NCBI GenBank assembly: GCA_963797565.1
Contig: CAWCPM010000008.1
Location: 96,219-160,218, forward strand
Direction: 5' to 3'
Source of the DNA: an uncultured Actinomycetes bacterium
GTDB taxonomy: Bacteria > Actinomycetota > Thermoleophilia > Gaiellales > JAICJC01
DNA length: 64,000 nt
Shown in pieces: positions 27,268 to 35,518 of the stretch; the stretch's first letter is position 1; the number at the start of each line of letters is the position of its first letter. Both the position numbers and the translations under genes were made by a program. The notes under the pieces were generated by a model. It worked only from the letters and a program-made list of their open reading frames with translations, did not search any database and was not told the DNA's origin.

Positions 27268-29060
27268 CAGTTTGCGAGAAACGCGTGGGCGGAGGTCAGG
27301 TCGCGTGCCCAGCAATACTCCCAGAGCGTGAAGCCGCCCTGGTCGAGCCGCTCCGCCAGGCGCCGGTAGTCGACGCCGGCGATCCGGTGCGGCGGGTCGG
27401 CGATGTAGTGGCGCATGACGTCGTAATCGGCGTGCGTGAGCAGATGTTCGCCGAACACGGTCTTGTCCCTGCGGTCGAGGATCGCATCGGGCACGCGCCC
27501 GCGCAGGCAGCGTTTGACCAGTGTCTTCCTGCGCGTGTCGGGATACTTGACCTCGGCTCGCAGGCTCAGGAAGAACTCCCACAGGTCGACGTCCACGAAC
27601 GGACGGCGGACGTCCACGCCGTGGATCGCCGCCACCACCTCGTCGGCGGCCAGTGTTTCCGAGGAGCCGCCGAATGAGGAGGTCTGCAGGTTCACCCATC
27701 GCTGCCGCGCCGGCGTCAGCAGGTCGGGCCGCGGAGTCGTCGTCACGGCGCGGTGGGTGATCCAATCCGGCGGGGGGACGGCACGCTTGACACCGCGCCA
27801 GTTGAGGAAGCTGTTGGCCATCCGCCCGGGCACCAGCGACGGCACAAACTGCCTGGCGATGAACGGCCAGCCGGCTCCCCGGCGGCGCTGGGTGCGGACA
27901 AGCGACGCCACGGCCGAGAGCCGCCCGTGCATGAGCAGGTGCCCGGCGAGGTCCCCGCGGCTGTCGATCACGTACTCGGCGAGCTCGCCGGTCAGAAGCG
28001 AGCGATGACCGAGCCGGCGCGCCAGCGCGTAGTTCTCGTCCAGCTCCGGCACGGACACGATCGGCGTCGGGCAGTCCAGCAGGTCACCCCAGCGCTGCAC
28101 GTCGTCGAGGCCCTTGGCCTGCGGCCGGTAGGTGTGCAGCGGCATGCCCAGATGCTCCGCCACCAGCGCGATCCAGCCGCTCTCGTCCACGCTGGGCAGG
28201 TCGGGAAACACGGCCGACAACGCCCCGACCGGTGTGCCGAACCGCTGCTCGTGTCCGCGAGCGGCGAACGCGGCGACGGCCGGCGAATCGATGCCCCCCG
28301 AAAGCGACACCCCGTCGTTCCCGGTCAGGCAGCGCCCGACCGCCCGGTCGAACAGCTCGGTGAAACGCTCCTCGGCCTCGGCGGGGGTGAAGCGACCGGT
28401 CTCCACGAGCTGCTCCGGTTCCCAGTAGCGGTCGGCGCGCCGGCGACCTCCGCGATCGTGCGAAAGCACGGTGGCGGCCGCCATCCGCTTGACGCCCTTG
28501 ACGGCACAGTCGGCGTCGGCCCCGCCGCCCGTCCCGTAGAAGATGTGCTCGACGGCGTCCAGATCGGGCTCGCGAGGGATGCCTGCGCCCGCCAGAACCT
28601 GTTTCGCTTCGCTCGCGAGGTGAACCGCGAAGCCATCCTCGCGGTAGTGCACCGCGCGAAATCCGACCTGGTCTCGGAAGCTCCAGATCCGCTCGCCGTC
28701 GGTGACGGCGGCGGCGAACTGCCCGCGCAGACGGGCGGGGGCGCCCTCACCCCACACGCGAAACGCCTCCTCGACGACGTCGGCAGGCGTCTCGCCGGCG
28801 GCCGCTCGTCCGTGCGCCGCCAGCTGCTGACGCAGGTCGGCGGCGTTGTCGAGCCTGCCCGAGAACGCCGCAACCAGGCCGTTTCCGGTCGATATGGAGG
28901 CGTCGGCCACCTCGTCATCCTGGGACACGCCCAGCGCCACCGCACCGTGCTCGCGCACCTGCTGGTGGCCGCCACGATGCGGTGCGGCGTCAAGCATCTG
29001 GCGGACGCGATCCGGCTCAGCCGGTCCCGCCCTGCTGAGTCGTGCTGCCAGGGATCCCAT
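27264..29060 (-). CDS. Lasso peptide isopeptide-bond-forming cyclase (asparagine synthetase B-like, C protein)
   Basis: 598 aa. The N-terminal Ntn-like domain is followed by a PP-loop (CLTGNDGVSLSGGIDSPAVAAFAA). Context is with B1, B2 and a precursor. Confidence 0.9.
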   Translation of the reverse strand: MGSLAARLSRAGPAEPDRVRQMLDAAPHRGGHQQVREHGAVALGVSQDDEVADASISTGNGLVAAFSGRLDNAADLRQQLAAHGRAAAGETPADVVEEAFRVWGEGAPARLRGQFAAAVTDGERIWSFRDQVGFRAVHYREDGFAVHLASEAKQVLAGAGIPREPDLDAVEHIFYGTGGGADADCAVKGVKRMAAATVLSHDRGGRRRADRYWEPEQLVETGRFTPAEAEERFTELFDRAVGRCLTGNDGVSLSGGIDSPAVAAFAARGHEQRFGTPVGALSAVFPDLPSVDESGWIALVAEHLGMPLHTYRPQAKGLDDVQRWGDLLDCPTPIVSVPELDENYALARRLGHRSLLTGELAEYVIDSRGDLAGHLLMHGRLSAVASLVRTQRRRGAGWPFIARQFVPSLVPGRMANSFLNWRGVKRAVPPPDWITHRAVTTTPRPDLLTPARQRWVNLQTSSFGGSSETLAADEVVAAIHGVDVRRPFVDVDLWEFFLSLRAEVKYPDTRRKTLVKRCLRGRVPDAILDRRDKTVFGEHLLTHADYDVMRHYIADPPHRIAGVDYRRLAERLDQGGFTLWEYCWARDLTSAHAFLANW

Positions 29061-29132
29061 CCTCCCTCAGTGTAGTGATGGGCGTGCGTCTGTCCAGTCA
29101 ACCATGCGGCCGATAACCCGTCACCATGAGGG

Positions 29133-29160
29133 TTGACACGGCCGAGGTTAGGGGTATAGT
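29133..29160 (+). promoter_or_regulatory. Near-consensus sigma-70-type promoter for the precursor/exporter operon
   Basis: TTGACA (29133-38), a 16-nt spacer, then TATAGT (29155-60). The element ends 46 nt upstream of the precursor GTG. Confidence 0.45.
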
Positions 29161-29206
29161 TGCCCTGGCTTCCTAGTTGTCGTTCATCAGAAGAGGGGGG
29201 TACTCC

Positions 29207-29371
29207 GTGAAGTATGTAGCACCGGTGGTGGTGGATTTCGGTTCCATCGCTGACCACACGTTCATCCACACGAACAAGACGGGCCACCAGGTCCACAAGG
29301 ATCACATCGTGTGTGAGACCGACAAGTTCGGCGAGTATTCGTGCGGTAGCCACGGCGGCTCGACCAGCTAA
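29207..29371 (+). CDS. Lasso peptide precursor (54 aa)
   Basis: GTG at 29207 with GAGGGGGG ending 6 nt upstream (the track ORF begins at TTG 29177). The sequence is MKYVAPVVVDFGSIADHTFIHTNKTGHQVHKDHIVCETDKFGEYSCGSHGGSTS. The leader matches YxxPxLx3Gx5Tx. The gene is adjacent to the C/B2/B1 genes. Confidence 0.65.
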   Translation: MKYVAPVVVDFGSIADHTFIHTNKTGHQVHKDHIVCETDKFGEYSCGSHGGSTS

Positions 29372-29395
29372 CCGGCGCTCTTCGTTCTGACCGGA

Positions 29396-30382
29396 TTGAC
29401 GGGCAGTTCATCCGGGGGCGCAACACCCCTGAGCGCTGTCCTGGATGCTCGTGACGTTACCCGGTCGTTCGGCGATAAGCAGGTTCTGTCCGGCGTCGAC
29501 CTTCAGGTCGGCGCCGGACGTATTTCTGCGCTGCTTGGCCCCAACGGCGCCGGCAAGACGACCTTCCTGCGGATCCTGACCGGGCTGCTCCTGGCAGAAG
29601 GCGGGCACGTGTCGGTGGCCGGGATCGATGTGCGCGACGACCCGATGGCCGCTCGTCGCCACATCGGGTTCTTCCCGTCCGCCGACCGCACCTTCTACAA
29701 CCGCATCACCGGCCTCGAGAACCTGGCCTTCTTCGGGCGCATGTACGGGATAGGCCGTCAGGAGGCATTGACGCGCGCCCGCCGGCGACTGGCCGACGTC
29801 GGTCTCAGCGACGCCGTCGACCAGCGCGTCGGGTTATACAGTCACGGCATGCAGAAGCGACTCTCGATGGCCCGCGCCCTGTTGATGGATCCACCCGTGC
29901 TGGTGATCGACGAGGCCACCGACGGGCTCGACCCCGAGGGCGCCCGGCGGGTGCAGGACCTGACCCGCTCGATCGCCGCCGACGGCACCGCCGTGATCTG
30001 GACGACCCAGAGGCTGGACGAGATCCGTGGGTTCGCCGACGCGGTCACCGTGCTCGACCAGGGCCGCACCACCTTCCAGGGCACCGTCGAGGATCTGATG
30101 CTGAAGTCGAGCGCGCGCGGGTATCTGCTACGGCTGCGAACCGGCGACTCGACGCTCGACGACGACGCTCTGGGGCGGGCCGGAGCGGCGTTGGGTGATC
30201 GCGGAAAGCTTGCGCGGGTGGGTGTCGACCGCGAACACTTCCGCCTCGACCTGGCCGAGCACGCGGTGCTGGGCGAGGTGCTGGCCGATCTATCGGCAAC
30301 CGGTGTCGTCGTGCTCGACTGCGCCCAGCAGCGCTCCGAGCTGGAGGAGTCGTTCCTGCGGCTGACGACGGCAAGGACGTGA
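29396..30382 (+). CDS. ABC transporter ATP-binding protein (lasso exporter/immunity candidate)
   Basis: Walker A GPNGAGKTT, signature YSHGMQKRL, and Walker B VLVIDEATDGLD are present. Confidence 0.9.
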   Translation: MTGSSSGGATPLSAVLDARDVTRSFGDKQVLSGVDLQVGAGRISALLGPNGAGKTTFLRILTGLLLAEGGHVSVAGIDVRDDPMAARRHIGFFPSADRTFYNRITGLENLAFFGRMYGIGRQEALTRARRRLADVGLSDAVDQRVGLYSHGMQKRLSMARALLMDPPVLVIDEATDGLDPEGARRVQDLTRSIAADGTAVIWTTQRLDEIRGFADAVTVLDQGRTTFQGTVEDLMLKSSARGYLLRLRTGDSTLDDDALGRAGAALGDRGKLARVGVDREHFRLDLAEHAVLGEVLADLSATGVVVLDCAQQRSELEESFLRLTTART

Positions 30383-31209
30383 CCCCCGGGAGATCGGGCG
30401 CACTCGCCGAGGCGTACAAGCTGGGGGCGTTCCTGCGGCGCGACCTGTTGGTGCGGCTGAGCTACCGCGGGGCCATCATCAGCGACTGGATCAACCTGTT
30501 CGCCCAGGCGCTGGTGTTCTCGTTCGTGTCCAAGCTGGTGCATCCGATCCACATCAACGGCGGCGGTCGCACCTCCTACATCGCCTTCGTCACCGTCGGG
30601 ATCGCCGTTGCAGGCTTCATGGCCGTGGGGCTGGCGCGGCTGGTCAGCGCCATACAGCAGGAGCAGTCGCTGGGAACGCTGGAGTCGCTGATGGTCACCC
30701 CCACCACCGCCAGCGTGATCCTGCTGGGCTCGGTCGTCTACGACCTGATCTACGTCCCGTTCCGGACGGTCATATTCCTGATCATCGTGTCGATCGTGTT
30801 CAACGTCAGCTTCGCCGCCAGCGGGTACATCCCCGCGCTGCTGATCCTGGCCGCGTTCATCCCGTTCGTGTGGGGGCTCGGGTCGATCTCCTCGGCCGGC
30901 GTGCTCACCTTCCGGCGCGGCTCGGGGGCGATCGGGTTTCTGACCTTCGCGCTGACCTTCACGTCGGGGGCGTACTTCCCGCTGACGCTGTTCCCGGGGT
31001 GGGTCGCGCCCCTGGCCAGGATCAACCCGATCGGGATCGCCATCACGGGCATGCGGGCGCAGTTGATCGGCGGCGCGGGGTGGGACGATGCGCTTGTCAC
31101 GATCGCCAAGCTGGTGCCGTTGTCCGGGCTTACGCTGATGCTGGGGCTGTACGCCTTCCGGCTGGCGATGCGTCGCGAGCGGCGACTCGGTACGCTCGGC
31201 CTGTACTGA
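30379..31209 (+). CDS. ABC-2 type transporter permease
   Basis: 276 aa with about 6 TM segments. The start has a 4-nt GTGA overlap with the ATPase gene. Confidence 0.8.
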   Translation: MTPGRSGALAEAYKLGAFLRRDLLVRLSYRGAIISDWINLFAQALVFSFVSKLVHPIHINGGGRTSYIAFVTVGIAVAGFMAVGLARLVSAIQQEQSLGTLESLMVTPTTASVILLGSVVYDLIYVPFRTVIFLIIVSIVFNVSFAASGYIPALLILAAFIPFVWGLGSISSAGVLTFRRGSGAIGFLTFALTFTSGAYFPLTLFPGWVAPLARINPIGIAITGMRAQLIGGAGWDDALVTIAKLVPLSGLTLMLGLYAFRLAMRRERRLGTLGLY

Positions 31210-31225
31210 CAAGGAGCGACTACGC

Positions 31226-31510
31226 ATGATCGACCCGACCACTCGAATCCGCCGCAACCCGGACGTCGTCTTCCGCCCGCTGGAGGAGGAGCAGGGTGGC
31301 GTACTCCTGCACCTGCAGTCGGGCGCCTACCACGGCCTCAACCAGTTCGGCTCGCTGATCTGGGGCTTGATCGAGAATGAGACACGTTTTGCCGACCTGG
31401 TGGACGGAGTGCGGGCTGAGTCGGAGGATGCGCCGGCCTCGGTCGAGGAGGACGTGTCCGGCTTCGTCGAGGACCTCAGTGCGCGCGACCTCGTGCAACT
31501 GACGCCCTAG
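31226..31510 (+). CDS. PqqD-family protein = lasso peptide B1 / RiPP recognition element
   Basis: 94 aa. RRNPDVVFRPLEEEQGGVLLHLQSGAYHGLNQFGSLIWGLI is the PqqD/RRE fold pattern. Confidence 0.85.
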   Translation: MIDPTTRIRRNPDVVFRPLEEEQGGVLLHLQSGAYHGLNQFGSLIWGLIENETRFADLVDGVRAESEDAPASVEEDVSGFVEDLSARDLVQLTP

Positions 31511-31522
31511 AGGGAGCGATCT

Positions 31523-33052
31523 TCACGAACTGGGCCGCGTGCGCCCGGATGCGCGACCGATCCGGGCGAACCGGCCCAGTATCAGGTTGTCCTCGTCGTC
31601 GAACGACGAGGTGGCAAGCAGGGCCGTCGCGTAGGCCAGGGTTGCGCCGGCCGCGCCGCCGAGGATGGCGAGCGCGGCCGGCGCAGAGTCCAGCAGCACC
31701 CGCAGGCCGGCCGCGGTCAGCACGAACACCGTCAGCGCTAGCCCCACCGGCCGTGACCAGTCCCCGAACGGCTGCATGCCCAGCACGCGGTACACCTGCC
31801 ACAGCCTGATCAGGTTCCAGATCACGATCGATATTCCCCAGGCCAGGCCGGCGCCGACCATGCCGTAGGGCGGGATCAGCGCCACGTTCAGGAGCACGTT
31901 CAGCACCAGCGCGATCACGCTGTTCTTGAGCACCAGGTCGGCGCGCCCGATCATCGTAACCACGTGGCCGCAGGGGCCGGTGGCGGCGTTCACCGTCTGT
32001 CCGATCGCGAGCAGCGCCAGGGGCCACGCGCCGCGCGCGTAGGTGGGGCCGTACAGGAGCGTCACGATCGGAAGGGCGAACAGGGTCAGGAACAGCAGCG
32101 GCGGGCAGCCGGCGATGGTCGACCACTTGGTGGCGAACCCGTACATGCGGTCCAGCCCGGCGTGGTCGGAGAGCGCGTACAGTCGTCCGATCTGGGGCTG
32201 GAACGCGATCCCGATCGGCAGGATGAACATCATTCCGAACAGGACGGTGCGAGTCGCGATCGAGTAGACCGCGACGTCGGCGGGCGGGCGCCACAGCCCC
32301 AGCAGGAGCGTGTCCGCCCACAGCAGCCCCACGCCGGCCAGCGATGCGCCCCACTGGTTGGCGCTGAACCGGATCAGCGCGCCGGTCTCGACGGTGGCGG
32401 CCTGCCGCAGCGTGCCGGTCACGCCCCGCGCCGCCAAGGCGGCCGCGGCAAGCGTCAGGTAGGACGCGATCGTGAAGGCCACCGCCGTGCCGTCGAGGCC
32501 GTAGCCGAGCGCCAGCGCGACGGCCACCAGCGCCACTCGCAGCACGCCGTCGGTGACCTGGTCGACCACCACGAACGCCTTCATGCGGCCGGTGCCGCGG
32601 GTCGCGCCGATCAGCACCATCTGCAGCGTCACCGCCGGCAACGACAGCACCATCACCCGCAGCACGTACTGCAGCTGGTGTGCGCCGAACAGGTCGGACA
32701 GCTGCGGCGCCAGCACGAACACCAGCGCCGCGATCGCGATCGACGCCCCGCCGGCCAGCAGCACCGAGAGCGCCACCGCCGCGCGCGCGCGGTCGTGCTC
32801 CCCCCGCGCGCGATGCACCGCCACGTAGCGGATCGCGGTCACGTCGAGGCCGAGCACGGCCAGCACCGACAGCAGCCGTACGGCCGCGAACCCTTCGAAG
32901 AAGATGCCCGCCGCATCCTGGTTCAAGGAGCGGCCGATCATCAGCACCAGGGCGAACTGCATGGCGTTGGCCGCGGCCAGCCCCACGAAGTTCACTGCCG
33001 ATCGCTGGACGAGCGTGGTTGTCTCAGGCTTGGCTGCGTCGTCCAGGGTCAT
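31523..33052 (-). CDS. MOP-superfamily oligosaccharide/polysaccharide flippase (Wzx-like)
   Basis: 509 aa with about 14 TM segments. The N-terminus (SAVNFVGLAAANAMQFALVLMIGRSL) and overall architecture are typical of polysaccharide biosynthesis flippases. Confidence 0.8.
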   Translation of the reverse strand: MTLDDAAKPETTTLVQRSAVNFVGLAAANAMQFALVLMIGRSLNQDAAGIFFEGFAAVRLLSVLAVLGLDVTAIRYVAVHRARGEHDRARAAVALSVLLAGGASIAIAALVFVLAPQLSDLFGAHQLQYVLRVMVLSLPAVTLQMVLIGATRGTGRMKAFVVVDQVTDGVLRVALVAVALALGYGLDGTAVAFTIASYLTLAAAALAARGVTGTLRQAATVETGALIRFSANQWGASLAGVGLLWADTLLLGLWRPPADVAVYSIATRTVLFGMMFILPIGIAFQPQIGRLYALSDHAGLDRMYGFATKWSTIAGCPPLLFLTLFALPIVTLLYGPTYARGAWPLALLAIGQTVNAATGPCGHVVTMIGRADLVLKNSVIALVLNVLLNVALIPPYGMVGAGLAWGISIVIWNLIRLWQVYRVLGMQPFGDWSRPVGLALTVFVLTAAGLRVLLDSAPAALAILGGAAGATLAYATALLATSSFDDEDNLILGRFARIGRASGRTRPSS

Positions 33053-33108
33053 CTGCGTTTCCAGTCTACGTGCGCCCTCCTATCAGCGCGACGCCGTACG
33101 GCCGCCTC

Positions 33109-34035
33109 CTAGGAGGAGACGTCCAGCGCCTGTTCGAGCCGGACGGACAGGTCGTCGCAGTGCCGCCGGATCTCAGGATCGATGTCGAGCGGCCGCGGCT
33201 CGGGCGCTTCACGACGCTCGATATGCGCGGCCAGCGAGGCGTCGAACGGGAAGTCCAGAAACGCGCAGAGCGCGCTCATGTTCCGGTCGGGGTCGGCCAG
33301 GAACCGGTCGTAGCAGGCCAGCGTGACGTCGTCGCGCCGATCGAGCCCGCGCTCGAAGTAGAGCGAGTTGCGCACGTACCAGAACAGGGCGGCGGCCGAC
33401 TCGGGCGTCATCGTCGAGTAGTCGAAGCTCTCGACCAGCGCCCGGTTCTCGGCCGACATGCCGCGCGCCTGCCAGCGGTGGTCGCCGCGGCCGGCTGCGA
33501 TCTCGGTCAGCACATCGAGGTTGTTGGTGCCGAACTTGGCCAGCGCCGAGCGCACGCGGCCGTCGACGTCGCGGTATGCCCAGATCGCTCGGCCCGGGCT
33601 GGGGGTGCCGAGCCCGTCCAGGATCTCGTCCACCCGGTGCGAGTCGCAGAGCGGCTTGAACAGCACATAGCGGTGGCCTGAGCGCATCACCAGGTCTCGC
33701 ACCACCGGATCCGGGCGCAGCTGGAACCGCTCAAAGGCGTCGCCGTCGTTCTCGTTTCGCACCTCGAACTCGGGCGATCGCTCCAGCCCCCGCACCAGCA
33801 TGTTGGTGCCCGAGCGCTGCACGCCCACCAGATAGACCGGAACCGCGCCGGGGGCGACCGAGTGGGTGCGCCGCCACCGGCGCTTGCGCAGCGCCAGCGG
33901 CACCCGCTCCATGGGGTTCAGCTGATCCTCCTCGATCAGCCGCCGGAATCCGTGCGCGCGGCCCCACTCCCAGTGGCGTCGCACGCGCATCCCGATCCAG
34001 CGCATGCGCGACTCTCGTCCGCTCTCAGTCTGCAC
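33109..34035 (-). CDS. Sulfotransferase family protein
   Basis: VYLVGVQRSGTNMLVRGLERSP is a PAPS-binding loop. The later region YRDVDGRVRSALAKFG is also consistent. 308 aa. Confidence 0.75.
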   Translation of the reverse strand: MQTESGRESRMRWIGMRVRRHWEWGRAHGFRRLIEEDQLNPMERVPLALRKRRWRRTHSVAPGAVPVYLVGVQRSGTNMLVRGLERSPEFEVRNENDGDAFERFQLRPDPVVRDLVMRSGHRYVLFKPLCDSHRVDEILDGLGTPSPGRAIWAYRDVDGRVRSALAKFGTNNLDVLTEIAAGRGDHRWQARGMSAENRALVESFDYSTMTPESAAALFWYVRNSLYFERGLDRRDDVTLACYDRFLADPDRNMSALCAFLDFPFDASLAAHIERREAPEPRPLDIDPEIRRHCDDLSVRLEQALDVSS

Positions 34036-34195
34036 GATCCGCAGTGTCGCAGAACGGGTGCGGCGCCGGATGCGACAACGCGGCGCTCTCGAATCTTAAG
34101 CTTGCTGTAAATAATCAGTAAGACTAGCGTCCAGCATGTAACGCAAGTAGTGGGGATTGCCGATACAGCCCCCGTATCCAGGGGTGCGTGCGCGG

Positions 34196-35446
34196 ATGGG
34201 TGCCCGCGCAAGCAGCCACAACACCATACGGGGGGATTCGTTGAAACGGTTACTTGCGGCCGCCGTGGCTGCGATCGCGACGATGCTCGTGGTCACGAAC
34301 GCCAGCGGTACGAGCTCGATCAGCATGGCAAGCGTGGGGTTTGCCAGCAGTGAGAACGGCATCCATCTATGGGCTCCGATGCACACGGCTCCGCAGAGGT
34401 TCACAACGCAGGCGGCTGCGGAGGACGCCGCCAAGCGTTTCGACCTGATCACGTTCAATCCAGCTCAGCTGGGCGGCTATGCGTCGGCGATGAAGGCCGC
34501 CAATCCCAACCTCAAGCTGTACGTCTATCTGAACGGCACGTTCCTTTACAAGCGGCTTTATGGCACGGTCGACCCGTCGATGCTCTCGCACGACGCGCAG
34601 GGCCATGTGGTCACATCGCACGGTTACGGCAACTACCTGGCCGATCCGGGCGACCCCAACTGGGTCTCCTATGTACAGCATTCGTGCGCGAAGCTGCTGT
34701 CCGGGACGGTCTACGACGGCTGTTACCTCGACATGCTGGGCACGGCGCCGCTGTGGCCCGGCTACACCACCGGGCTGCCGATCAACCCGGCCACCGGGCA
34801 GGTCTGGACGCGGCTTGACTGGCTGAATGCGACCAGCGCGCTGGCCGCCAACGTGGCATCGTTCACCGGCAAGGCGGTGCTCGGCAACGGCATCGGCAAC
34901 GGGCCCCGGTACTTCGCACCAGGCGCGCCCAGCAAGCTGCTGCTGAACGGTGCGACCGGCGTCAGCGCCGAGGCCTGGACGCGTCTGGCGGGTGCTCCGC
35001 TGTCCCGCTTCGAGCCGACGAAGGCCTGGGTGCAGGACGTGAACATGCTGAGCGATGCGAGTTCCACCGGCGGTCTGGCCCTGACCATCACCAAGACCTG
35101 GACGGCCGGCACCACCGATCAGAAGGAGGATGCCCGCAGGTTCGCGCTGGCCAGCTTCCTGCTCGGCAACGACGGCAACTCGTACTTCTACTTCACGGCC
35201 AACAAGACCGATCCGGCCACGCTGGACGATCCGCTGTACCACCTGCAGATCGGCTCGCCGACCGGGCTCTACGTGGTGCAGAACGGCGTCTACATACGCA
35301 ACTTCACCAACGGGAAGGTCATGGTCAATACGACAGATTCGCCGGTCTCGGTCGATCTGGGCGGTGCGTACCGCCGCCCGGATGGGAGCTTCGCGCTGGG
35401 TGCCACGCTGCCGGCGCACGGCTCTCAGATCTTCACCAAGTCCTGA
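34196..35446 (+). CDS. Secreted hypothetical protein, putative glycoside-hydrolase-like TIM barrel (GHL15-type)
   Basis: Signal peptide LKRLLAAAVAAIATMLVVTNASG. ANPNLKLYVYLNG...YLADPGDPNWVSYVQ...YDGCYLDMLG resembles GHL-family patterns. The start is ambiguous (ATG 34196 or TTG 34241). Confidence 0.55.
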   Translation: MGARASSHNTIRGDSLKRLLAAAVAAIATMLVVTNASGTSSISMASVGFASSENGIHLWAPMHTAPQRFTTQAAAEDAAKRFDLITFNPAQLGGYASAMKAANPNLKLYVYLNGTFLYKRLYGTVDPSMLSHDAQGHVVTSHGYGNYLADPGDPNWVSYVQHSCAKLLSGTVYDGCYLDMLGTAPLWPGYTTGLPINPATGQVWTRLDWLNATSALAANVASFTGKAVLGNGIGNGPRYFAPGAPSKLLLNGATGVSAEAWTRLAGAPLSRFEPTKAWVQDVNMLSDASSTGGLALTITKTWTAGTTDQKEDARRFALASFLLGNDGNSYFYFTANKTDPATLDDPLYHLQIGSPTGLYVVQNGVYIRNFTNGKVMVNTTDSPVSVDLGGAYRRPDGSFALGATLPAHGSQIFTKS

Positions 35447-35469
35447 TCGGCGTCGGCCCCCAGTTCGCG

Positions 35470-35495
35470 GCCCCGGCGGGACTTCTCGCCGGGGC
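35470..35495 (+). terminator. Hairpin downstream of the GHL-type gene (terminator candidate)
   Basis: GCCCCGGCG-ggacttct-CGCCGGGGC is a 9-bp stem. A CTCTTTT tract follows about 15 nt downstream. Confidence 0.35.
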
Positions 35496-35518
35496 GGCGG
35501 GCTGGTACCCTCTTTTGG

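Noticed and set aside
29177-29206. TTG start at 29177 for the precursor (64-aa track ORF MSFIRRGGYS...)
   Set aside because: The GAGGGGGG ribosome-binding site lies inside this extension, 6 nt before GTG 29207. The shorter product begins immediately before the conserved leader motif.
34096-34458. 120-aa minus-strand ORF in the AT-rich divergent region
   Set aside because: It overlaps the signal-peptide region of the better-supported plus-strand secreted protein. It has no motif and an odd composition.
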